DNA of 32,000 nucleotides from Chlamydiales bacterium (GTDB lineage Bacteria; Chlamydiota; Chlamydiia; Chlamydiales; JAAKFR01): NCBI GenBank assembly GCA_041395025.1, contig JAWLBH010000001.1, positions 1,050,001 to 1,082,000 of the forward strand, read 5' to 3'. Shown piece by piece: positions 24,775 to 32,000 of this stretch (position 1 is its first letter; each line of letters starts with the position of its first letter). The notes under the pieces were generated by a model. It saw only the letters and a program-made list of their open reading frames with translations, ran no database searches and was not told where the DNA came from. The position numbers and the translations under genes were made by a program.

Positions 24775-24949
24775 GCGAGAAGAAAAATTTCATCACGATA
24801 TGGCCTTATCTTGTTTACAAAATTTTGATTATTAGTTAATTAAATTTATATTTTTTTATCATACATTAATATTTTGATTAAAAAATCAAATTTTTTGAAT
24901 TAAATACTATAAATATTCTATTATATGTTTAAATTGATAGGTGTTTTTT

Positions 24950-25630
24950 ATGAAAAAAATAGAGGGAACAGATTCTCATTCATTCATTTCTGAACCTGAA
25001 AAAAACAATAAATCAGAGGAAGGAAGACTAAAAGGCAGAAAGATTCGTAAATCGGGAAACCCTATTTCTATTGTATTGAGAAAGATTAGACTGATCAGAA
25101 AGGATAGAGCTCAAAGAGAAAAAAGTAAGAGTAGTAGATTGTTAAATCATCAAGTGAGTCATCCCAAAAGAAACCAGCTAAGCCTCTTTTCTAGAATAAG
25201 GAATCTAGTCAGAAAATATGTTTCAAAAGAAAAAACACTTGTGCATAGTCCATCAAAGGAAATTTTTTTTGAGCAAGATGACTTCACTGGTAAAATCGCA
25301 GAACTCTTACCTGCAAAGCACTATACTTTTATTCGTCATGAATCTCCAGATGAAGGTTACAGTATCTTTTTAGCTCATGAAAGATTAGGTGAAACAAAGA
25401 ATAGTAATACCATACAAATGGCAGCGATGGGAATCTTGCTTGAAGATCTAAGCAAAGAAATGGAAAAGCTAATTCAATTAGATAATGAGAAAAGAGAGGA
25501 GCATAGCGAAGGTAAAGGGGTAAAGAAAGATAACATTGCCTACTATAAATTTTTTGAAATTTCCCCTATACCTGCAAAGGTAAAAAAGTCTTTACCTAAG
25601 CCCTTACCCAACCCTCGGGATAAGTTGTAA
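24950..25630 (+). CDS. Basic hypothetical protein (about 226 aa), lineage-specific orphan
   Basis: ATG 24950 (MKKIEGTD) is preceded by TAGGTG. The N-terminal half is Lys/Arg-rich (KGRKIRKSGNPISIVLRKIRLIRKDRAQREKSKSSR...RIRNLVRKYVSKEK). The centre is acidic or mixed, and the tail is Pro/Lys-rich (PAKVKKSLPKPLPNPRDKL). There is no TM, signal peptide or recognisable domain. Confidence 0.55.
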   Translation: MKKIEGTDSHSFISEPEKNNKSEEGRLKGRKIRKSGNPISIVLRKIRLIRKDRAQREKSKSSRLLNHQVSHPKRNQLSLFSRIRNLVRKYVSKEKTLVHSPSKEIFFEQDDFTGKIAELLPAKHYTFIRHESPDEGYSIFLAHERLGETKNSNTIQMAAMGILLEDLSKEMEKLIQLDNEKREEHSEGKGVKKDNIAYYKFFEISPIPAKVKKSLPKPLPNPRDKL

Positions 25631-25637
25631 TTGAATT

Positions 25638-26753
25638 TTAAGATATGAATAAAGAGAGCTTTGAGCTTTTGATTGACTTTTGTTTCTGAGGTTCTAGAGA
25701 TTCTATCTTTTCGTAGGTGCGTAAGATATTGTAGAATGTATCTCGTTGAGCAGGTTCAAATCCAGCTTGACGAATCATGCGGAGCATCTCCTCATGATCC
25801 GCTTCATTGATCCAATTAGTCGCACGGTGGACATTTTCCTCAAGGATAGTCCCCCCAAAATCATCTGCTCCATATTTAAGAGACTTGATCCCAATTTCTT
25901 TACCTTCACCAAACCAAGAGGCACTAATATGGTCAAAGTTATCGAGATAGATCCGAGAAAACGCAAGGATTCTAAAATAGGCTTCCTCACCTGCCCAGTT
26001 TTTGACTTTATGACGTAAAGCTGTGCGATTTCGTTTATAACTCCAAGGAATGAAAGAGGTAAAACCAGGAACCTTATCTTGAGTAGTGCGCAGAGTCTCA
26101 AGATGTTCTACGACCTCTTTGGGTGTTTCGAGATGTCCATACATCATGGTCGCTGTCGTTTTATATCCGATTGTATGTGCAAGATGATGAAAGGAGATCC
26201 ATCCCTGCGGCTCCATCTTTTTGGGAGAAATTTCTTGTCGAATCTTTTCAGATAAAATTTCAGCACCTCCGCCAGGAATGGTTCTCAAACCTGCTCTCCA
26301 AAGTGTCTCAAGGACCTCCCTAAGTGGCATATTTGAAACCCGAGCACAATTCCAAAGTTCAACTGCGCTAAAGAAATGAGGGTGAATTTTAGGAAAGTAT
26401 TTTCGAGTTTTTTTGACTAAATCAACATAATAGTCAATTTTGAGTGCATCATTTACTCCTCCTTGAAGTAAGACAGTGGTTAATCCCGCCTTTTCTGCTC
26501 GTTCTATGTGTTTTAAAACTTCATCCACAGATTTTGTGTAAGCATCTTTTGCATTTTGATGGCGATAAAAAGCGCAGAATTTACAGTCAATGTGACAGAC
26601 GTTTGTATAATTTGGATTAGAGTCAAGGACAAACGTGACTCTATTAGGAGGGTTTTTAATATTTCGAATATCTTGTGCCCATTTTTGTAAATCAGTTAAA
26701 GATGCGTTTTGGAATAAGTCAACTCCCTCCTGATAGGAAATTCTTTCACTCAT
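25638..26753 (-). CDS. Radical-SAM enzyme of the futalosine menaquinone pathway (MqnC/MqnE family)
   Basis: 371 aa. NPNYTNVCHIDCKFCAFYR is the CxxxCxxC cluster in the context typical of the MqnC/MqnE/CofH group, with GGVND and a TIM-barrel-like remainder. I cannot separate MqnC from MqnE by eye. Confidence 0.8.
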   Translation of the reverse strand: MSERISYQEGVDLFQNASLTDLQKWAQDIRNIKNPPNRVTFVLDSNPNYTNVCHIDCKFCAFYRHQNAKDAYTKSVDEVLKHIERAEKAGLTTVLLQGGVNDALKIDYYVDLVKKTRKYFPKIHPHFFSAVELWNCARVSNMPLREVLETLWRAGLRTIPGGGAEILSEKIRQEISPKKMEPQGWISFHHLAHTIGYKTTATMMYGHLETPKEVVEHLETLRTTQDKVPGFTSFIPWSYKRNRTALRHKVKNWAGEEAYFRILAFSRIYLDNFDHISASWFGEGKEIGIKSLKYGADDFGGTILEENVHRATNWINEADHEEMLRMIRQAGFEPAQRDTFYNILRTYEKIESLEPQKQKSIKSSKLSLFIS

Positions 26754-26863
26754 ATTTTGACTCCAATCAATTGACTAAAAGTTATGAAAAAGATTAACAT
26801 TTCTAATTTGAGTTTTTTTGTCAATTCGCGCTATCTTTTCTCTTTATAGAGCAAATCATTATC

Positions 26864-28468
26864 ATGGAAGAACAAGATCCTTTTAAAAAAGAAATGGTGA
26901 CATTTCTTAAAAATATCCAAACAATTTCTAATCCTGAAGAGAAATTGCGGGCAAGTCTTTCTTTTATGTCTCAAGCTCTCGTGCATAAAGAAAATCCAAA
27001 TTTAAAGGGATTTTGGGAAGCTAGAAGGCTTTGTCTACCTTTATTTAAAGAACCGCTTTCTGGATCTATCCGATCTAAATTATGGACTGACTATATCGAA
27101 TTAACACGTGAAGGACGTCGTCTTAAAAATTTGCTTAGTATAGAAAGTGCATTTGCTGTTAAGCAAATTGATATTGCTATTCTTTCTCTTGAAGATGAAG
27201 TCAATGGTTTTCATGCCCAGGATAAATCAGATTTCAAGGATGAACCAAGAGATTTTCATTTTTCTAAAGAACCCCAAAGCTTAAAAGAGAGATCGAGTTT
27301 TTATTGTGCTCTTCAAAATCAACTCAATACTTTACATGTGCATGCCTCTCGTATTAATAGTCTTCGTAAAGAATTGATAATAACAGATATGAGAGTCAGA
27401 CAAAAAAATGAATTTTTTAATCGTCTTTCTTCTATGGGAGATCTAGTTTTTCCTTTGCGTAAGGATTTGATTTGTCAGATTAGTGAGGCATTTGTTAAAG
27501 ATGTTTCATCTTTTGTTGAAGTCTATCTTTCTGATGAAGCCTCTTCCTATGAAAAAATCTTGAATTCTTTATTTTTTTTGCGTGAAGAGATCAAAAGTTT
27601 TCAAGCGATGGCAAAGGTACTGACTTTAAATACTCATGCCTTTTCTCTTACTCGTGAGCAGCTCAGTGGTTTTTGGGATAAATTAAAAGGCATGGAGAAA
27701 GAGTGGAAAAAAGAATTAATTAATCGGAAACAAAAATCTCGAAGCAATAGAGATCAGGTGCAAGAAAGAATAGAAAAATTTATCTCTGATTATGCCCAAG
27801 CAAAGTATACCTTAGAGGAGGGAAAAAAAGAACTTGAGGCTATTCATCGCTGGATGCGAGAAGTCGAATTAAATCGGAACGATGTTCTTTTTCTTAAAGA
27901 AAATTTAGTTAAAGCAAGAAATCAGATAGAGAATGAAGAAAACAAGATTGAGGAGCACCTGCGTGAGCAACAAGAGCAATTGAAAGAAGCAAATCGTGAA
28001 AAAATCAAGAAATTTCAAGAAGAAATTGAGAGTTTAGCAGAACAGATCGAGATTGAGAAACCAGAAACATTATCCACAAATCTAATATCTTCTTTTGAAA
28101 CTTATCGTAAAAAGTTATCTACCATCCCTATGATGAAAGCTGAGCGCCAACGTATGGAAGGTCAATTGAAAACTATACGAGAGCAGTTGATGAAAAAACA
28201 GGAGGAGGCACTTCTGCTGTTATCAAGTAATGACCGAGAAACTTTGGATAATTTAAAAAATATCCTTTCTCAACGTAAAGAAAGACGTAAAATGATTAAA
28301 CATCAGATTGAGGAATACCGTAAGATAAGTAGTGGTTCTAATTTAGATTTTGAAAAAGCTATGCATATTCAGGAATTAATGAATGGTGAAAAAGCCTCTC
28401 TTTCTGAATTAGACCAAAGTATCAGCGAAATTGAGAAAAAAATTCGTCAATTTACAGGAAGCTATTGA
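26864..28468 (+). CDS. Long coiled-coil hypothetical protein (534 aa)
   Basis: The first ~110 residues appear globular. The rest is dominated by Lys/Glu/Gln/Leu-rich heptad-like stretches (e.g. ENEENKIEEHLREQQEQLKEANREKIKKFQEEIESLAEQIEIEK). There is no TM or signal peptide. Confidence 0.7.
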   Translation: MEEQDPFKKEMVTFLKNIQTISNPEEKLRASLSFMSQALVHKENPNLKGFWEARRLCLPLFKEPLSGSIRSKLWTDYIELTREGRRLKNLLSIESAFAVKQIDIAILSLEDEVNGFHAQDKSDFKDEPRDFHFSKEPQSLKERSSFYCALQNQLNTLHVHASRINSLRKELIITDMRVRQKNEFFNRLSSMGDLVFPLRKDLICQISEAFVKDVSSFVEVYLSDEASSYEKILNSLFFLREEIKSFQAMAKVLTLNTHAFSLTREQLSGFWDKLKGMEKEWKKELINRKQKSRSNRDQVQERIEKFISDYAQAKYTLEEGKKELEAIHRWMREVELNRNDVLFLKENLVKARNQIENEENKIEEHLREQQEQLKEANREKIKKFQEEIESLAEQIEIEKPETLSTNLISSFETYRKKLSTIPMMKAERQRMEGQLKTIREQLMKKQEEALLLLSSNDRETLDNLKNILSQRKERRKMIKHQIEEYRKISSGSNLDFEKAMHIQELMNGEKASLSELDQSISEIEKKIRQFTGSY

Positions 28469-29088
28469 AACAAGTTAGAGAGGCAGCAGTTTTTGATCTT
28501 GATGGCACTCTTTTACGTGAAAATAGTAGTTTTTCTTTTTGCCGATTTTTATGTCGCAAAGGAGTCATTTCCTATACAGATTTTTTCTATTGCGCCTCTT
28601 TGTACTCTTGTTATCTTCTTTTTCATCTTTCCCTTGCAAAACTACATGTATTGATTTTTAATCGCCTGTTTCAAGGTCAATCCATTGCCTTTTTAGAAAA
28701 ATATGTTGCTCCCTTTATTGAGACTCTCACATGGTATGAGCCTGCTCTTGCTCGTTTAGAAGAATTGCGTATGGAGAAATTGGAGATTTATCTATTTTCT
28801 AGTAGTCCAATTTTTCTTACGCAACCTATTGGAGAAAAAATTGGGATTCTAAAGGTACAAGCAACTAGTTATACCATTGACACAGAAGGATCTCTTTCGG
28901 GGATTGCTTTGTTAATAGATGGAGAAAAAAAGCGTTCTCTTCTTAAAAACCTTGCTAAAGATACCATTGCCTTTTCGGACAGCCATCACGACTTACCCTT
29001 TTTAGAATCAGCTCAAGAAGCAGTTGCTGTCAATCCTAATCGTCATCTTGCAAAAATTGCTCGTGCACGTGATTGGGAAATTCTATAG
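28465..29088 (+). CDS. HAD-IB family hydrolase (SerB/phosphatase-like)
   Basis: AVFDLDGTLLRE (motif I), FSSSP (motif II) and FSDSHHDLPFL (motif IV). The only available start is TTG 28465, which overlaps the upstream TGA by 4 nt (TTGA). Confidence 0.75.
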   Translation: MKQVREAAVFDLDGTLLRENSSFSFCRFLCRKGVISYTDFFYCASLYSCYLLFHLSLAKLHVLIFNRLFQGQSIAFLEKYVAPFIETLTWYEPALARLEELRMEKLEIYLFSSSPIFLTQPIGEKIGILKVQATSYTIDTEGSLSGIALLIDGEKKRSLLKNLAKDTIAFSDSHHDLPFLESAQEAVAVNPNRHLAKIARARDWEIL

Positions 29089-29228
29089 ATATCGAGAATG
29101 AAAGACGATAATTCCTTAATTCAAGGATTGGCCATTGTTCTCAAATTTTCCTTTATGATTAGAGAATTTGGTCTCTTGAAAAGTTTTGGACTTTATATAT
29201 TCAATCAATTAAAGTTCGTGGGTCGATA

Positions 29229-29606
29229 ATGAAGAAAAGTCTTTTAGTTTTTCTTAACCAGATCGCTCAGATTCTATTTGATAAAAAAGGGTTTAATATC
29301 CTAGCGCTTGATGTTGAACAGATTTCAACATTAACAGATGTTTTTTTGATTGCTGAGGGAAAGGTTGATAAACACGTCATTGGGCTTGCAAATGAATTAA
29401 TTCATCTCTTAAAGCAAAAAAGCATTATGCCCATCCATGTAGAAGGACTTGATCAAGGAGATTGGGTCGTGATCGACTATGGAAAAGTCATTATTCACTT
29501 ATTTAAACCGGATATGCGAAAAAAGTATTCCCTCGAGAGGTTATGGCATGAAGGAAAAATTGTTGATTTAGAACTATCAGTTTGTAAACAACAAAAAGGA
29601 ATTTGA
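29229..29606 (+). CDS. rsfS: Ribosomal silencing factor RsfS (Iojap/YbeB)
   Basis: 125 aa. FLIAEGKVDKHVIGLANEL...GDWVVIDYGKVIIHLFKPDMRKKYSLERLW is the RsfS/DUF143 signature. Confidence 0.85.
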   Translation: MKKSLLVFLNQIAQILFDKKGFNILALDVEQISTLTDVFLIAEGKVDKHVIGLANELIHLLKQKSIMPIHVEGLDQGDWVVIDYGKVIIHLFKPDMRKKYSLERLWHEGKIVDLELSVCKQQKGI

Positions 29607-29616
29607 GGAAATTTTT

Positions 29617-30870
29617 ATGAGTAAAAAACGGATTGTAGTCACAGGGATGGGGGTAGTTTCTTGCTTTGGGAACGATGTTGAGATTTTTTATGACGCTTTA
29701 CTTGCAGGGAAAAGTGGTGTCAAACCGATTAGCAGTTTTTCTTGCGAAGACTATCCCACGCGCTTTGCTGCTCAAGTTCCTGATTTTGATGCAAGTGATT
29801 ACATTGATCGTAAACAAGAACGCAGAATTGATCCATTTATTCGTTTTGCAACTGTAGCTGGGAAAAAAGCCTTAGAAATGGCACAGATTAATCGTGATGC
29901 CCTGGGGAAAATCAATAAAACACGCTCTGGGATTATTATTGGCTCTGGTATGGGAGGATTAAATACCTTTTATGATGGAACTAAAACGTTGATAACAAAA
30001 GGTTATCGTCGAATTACTCCTTTCTTTATTCCATTTATCATTACTAACATGGCTGGGGCACTTCTAGCTATTGATCTTGGCTTTATGGGGCCTAATTATT
30101 CTATATCCACTGCTTGTGCAACAGCAAACTATAGCATTGTTGCAGCCGCTAATCACATTCGTCAAGGGGATGCAGATTTAATGATTTGTGGTGGATCCGA
30201 AGCTGCGATTACCCCTCTTGGTTTAGTGGGATTTATTGCAAATAAAGCGCTTTCTGAGCGTAACGAATCCCCAGAAGGTGCTTCTCGTCCCTGGGATAAA
30301 GACAGAGATGGTTTTGTCATGGGAGAAGGAGCCGGCATCCTAGTTCTAGAATCGTTAGAACATGCTATTAGTCGAGGTGCTCCCATTTTAGCTGAATACT
30401 TGGGAGGAGCAGTGAGTTGTGATGCTTATCACATGACAGCACCACGTGAAGATGGATCTGGAGTGGCTTTATGTATTGAAAAAGCCTTGAAAGATGGTGA
30501 TCTCCCTAAAGAGATGATTAATTATATCAATGCGCATGCTACATCGACTCCTTTAGGAGATATAGCTGAGATTGAAGGGATCCATACAGTCTTTGGTTCT
30601 CACTCTCGTCATGTTAAGATCAATGCGACCAAGTCGATGATTGGACATTGCTTAGGAGCAGCTGGAGGAGTTGAGGCCATTGCAACAATTCAAGCAATTA
30701 GAAGAAGCAAGATTCATCCGACAATTAATCTTTATCATCCTGAACCTTGTCTTGGTGATCTTGATCCTGTTGCTAATATTTCTCAGAATCTAGAGGTGAC
30801 AGCAGGACTTTCTGAATCCTTTGGATTTGGAGGTCATAATGGAGCAACTATATTTGGCCCTTTTCCATAA
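29617..30870 (+). CDS. fabF: 3-oxoacyl-ACP synthase II
   Basis: RIVVTGMGVVSCFG, the active-site Cys in ISTACATANYS, and the His residues in NAHATSTPLGD and IGHCLGAAGGVE. The ORF is full length at 417 aa. Confidence 0.93.
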   Translation: MSKKRIVVTGMGVVSCFGNDVEIFYDALLAGKSGVKPISSFSCEDYPTRFAAQVPDFDASDYIDRKQERRIDPFIRFATVAGKKALEMAQINRDALGKINKTRSGIIIGSGMGGLNTFYDGTKTLITKGYRRITPFFIPFIITNMAGALLAIDLGFMGPNYSISTACATANYSIVAAANHIRQGDADLMICGGSEAAITPLGLVGFIANKALSERNESPEGASRPWDKDRDGFVMGEGAGILVLESLEHAISRGAPILAEYLGGAVSCDAYHMTAPREDGSGVALCIEKALKDGDLPKEMINYINAHATSTPLGDIAEIEGIHTVFGSHSRHVKINATKSMIGHCLGAAGGVEAIATIQAIRRSKIHPTINLYHPEPCLGDLDPVANISQNLEVTAGLSESFGFGGHNGATIFGPFP

Positions 30871-30878
30871 TATTCTCT

Positions 30879-31301
30879 ATGGAGCATTCTTTTGGCATTA
30901 TTCCTCTTAGATGGAAAAATAAGAGATGGGAAACATTATTAGTCAAACACATAGCAGGCCATTGGGCTTTTCCTAAGGGCCATCCTAAAGAAGGGGAAAA
31001 TTTTCAAGAAACAGCCTCTCGTGAACTCTATGAAGAGACCTCTCTGCGTATTGTCCGCTTCCTTCCTTTTAAACCTCTTAGTGAATCTTATGTGATTCAA
31101 AAAGAAGGAAGAAAGATTCAAAAGAGAGTGACTTATTTCTTAGCAGAGGTTAAAGAAGAGGTTTCTATTCAGGTTGAGGAGATTGAGGATTTTAAGTGGC
31201 TGGCTTTTGAAGAAGTGCAAACAATCGCAACTTTTCCTGAGACCAGAGCTATTAGCTGGGAGGCAGAAAAATATCTTTTCTCACGACATAAGAGGCCTTA
31301 G
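30879..31301 (+). CDS. NUDIX hydrolase
   Basis: The Nudix box GHPKEGENFQETASRELYEETSL (Gx5Ex7REUxEExGU) sits in a 140-aa protein. Confidence 0.85.
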   Translation: MEHSFGIIPLRWKNKRWETLLVKHIAGHWAFPKGHPKEGENFQETASRELYEETSLRIVRFLPFKPLSESYVIQKEGRKIQKRVTYFLAEVKEEVSIQVEEIEDFKWLAFEEVQTIATFPETRAISWEAEKYLFSRHKRP

Positions 31302-31368
31302 TCAATGAAATGTAATTTTAAGAGGATCTAAGCTTCGGTTAAATTTACTAAATAGACTCTTACTAAGT

Positions 31369-32000
31369 TTATCTATGAGAAGATTGACAGATTTTAGAGA
31401 ATTCTTCTTGATAATCTTGTTGAGAGAGACGAATGATCTCTTTTGCTTCTTCTCTACCATAAAGATTGAGGATTTCCATTCGTTGAGAATTTTTTTGCAT
31501 GAGATCTTCAGGAGATTCTTTGTAAGTAAGGAAATAATGCATCAGGCGCTCAATCAAATTAAACGGACAATCTTTAATATCTTGAATGTCTTTGTAGACT
31601 AGATCTTCTTTTAAGACGGCTATAATTTTATCATCTGCTTGATTGCCGTCAATCGCTCGAATGCCACCTATGGGTTTTGCAGTCACCAAGATATCGCCTC
31701 GTAAGATCGGTTTTTCAGTGAGGATGCAGATATCGAGAGGATCATGATCACCTTCAATATTCTGACGGCCTATTTTTTCACTACAAAAGGTACCCACTAA
31801 TTTACCTGCATAAGTCTGGGGAATCAGACCGTATAGTGTTGGACAGTGGTTAGAATATTTTTGAGGACGATCTGCTTTTAATAAACCTGTTTTTTTATCA
31901 AGTTCAAATTTTACTGTATCAGTGGGGACAATCTCGATGTAGCAGTGGAGTTCATCAGGTGCATTCTCCCCAATATCCACCCCATGCCAAGGGTGAGCAC
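31369..32000 (-). CDS. ppa: Inorganic pyrophosphatase (family I), 5-prime end cut by the window edge
   Basis: The sequence YIEIVPTDTVKFELDKKTGLLKADR...DGDHDPLDICIL...AKPIGGIRAIDGNQADDKIIAV is PPase-I-like. The frame stays open upstream of the ORF-track GTG (..AHPWHGVDIGENAP) to position 32000, so the N-terminus lies outside the window. Confidence 0.9.
   Translation of the reverse strand, partial: AHPWHGVDIGENAPDELHCYIEIVPTDTVKFELDKKTGLLKADRPQKYSNHCPTLYGLIPQTYAGKLVGTFCSEKIGRQNIEGDHDPLDICILTEKPILRGDILVTAKPIGGIRAIDGNQADDKIIAVLKEDLVYKDIQDIKDCPFNLIERLMHYFLTYKESPEDLMQKNSQRMEILNLYGREEAKEIIRLSQQDYQEEFSKICQSSHR

Noticed and set aside
24873-24890. The palindrome tttgatt-aaaa-aatcaaa in the mraY/orphan intergenic region, considered as an operator.
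   Set aside because: Its 7-bp arms are made almost entirely of A/T in a spacer that is almost entirely A/T. The chance expectation is high, and I saw no second copy.
25638-26753. The radical-SAM gene as the missing EpmB (lysine 2,3-aminomutase) partner of epmA.
   Set aside because: The Cys-cluster context (NPNYTNVCHIDCKFCAF) and overall layout fit the MqnC/MqnE/CofH group, not KamA/EpmB. It is also 20 kb from efp-epmA.
1-32000. A search of the whole window for CRISPR arrays, rRNA, IS elements and toxin-antitoxin or defence-system genes.
   Set aside because: I saw no regularly spaced direct repeats and no rRNA-like conserved stretches. No ORF has transposase, Cas, nuclease-toxin or restriction-modification motifs.

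Overview
This is a gene-dense, visibly AT-rich chromosomal window with about 35 CDS and 1 tRNA. I saw no rRNA, CRISPR array, transposase or integrase. The gene content points to Chlamydiota, probably an environmental Chlamydia-like lineage rather than Chlamydiaceae. The supporting features are: a MurC-Ddl fusion inside an FtsZ/FtsA-less dcw cluster; a cysteine-poor MOMP-family porin with the LP[IV]GNP...G[FY]YGD N-terminus; an orphan GroEL paralogue with no groES and no GGM tail; an RsbV-type STAS protein; and a futalosine-pathway radical-SAM enzyme. Gene order is tkt | porin | amn | efp-epmA-HAD | accessory cluster | small ORF | metallophosphoesterase | groEL paralogue | rsmI | tRNA-Cys | murF | (block on the opposite strand) miaA-rsbV-KH-cutA-ftsQ-murC/ddl-murG-ftsW-lysM-murD-mraY | basic orphan | mqn | coiled-coil-HAD | rsfS-fabF-nudix | ppa (cut by the window edge). 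The one clearly accessory segment lies at about 6.3-9.3 kb. It holds three intact tandem paralogues (6444-6926, 7564-8037, 8340-8795, all minus strand) of a small (151-160 aa) glycine-rich membrane protein. Each protein is built from two TM hairpins, and each hairpin turns at a conserved G-[IA]-A-G-[VIL]-[IL]-[PN] motif. Interleaved with them are at least three decayed copies. The cluster also carries a 34-bp block of perfect DNA identity between otherwise divergent copies, a 4 x 15-bp in-frame tandem repeat, and Cys-cluster C-termini. The proteins have polar S/T/N/Q-rich N-termini, no Sec signal and bilobed hydrophobic domains, which is the classical signature of chlamydial inclusion-membrane (Inc) type III substrates. 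I consider this a candidate undescribed, fast-evolving double-hairpin Inc-like family and the most interesting item in the window. All calls come from reading the translated ORFs and the DNA by eye; no database search or computation was possible.
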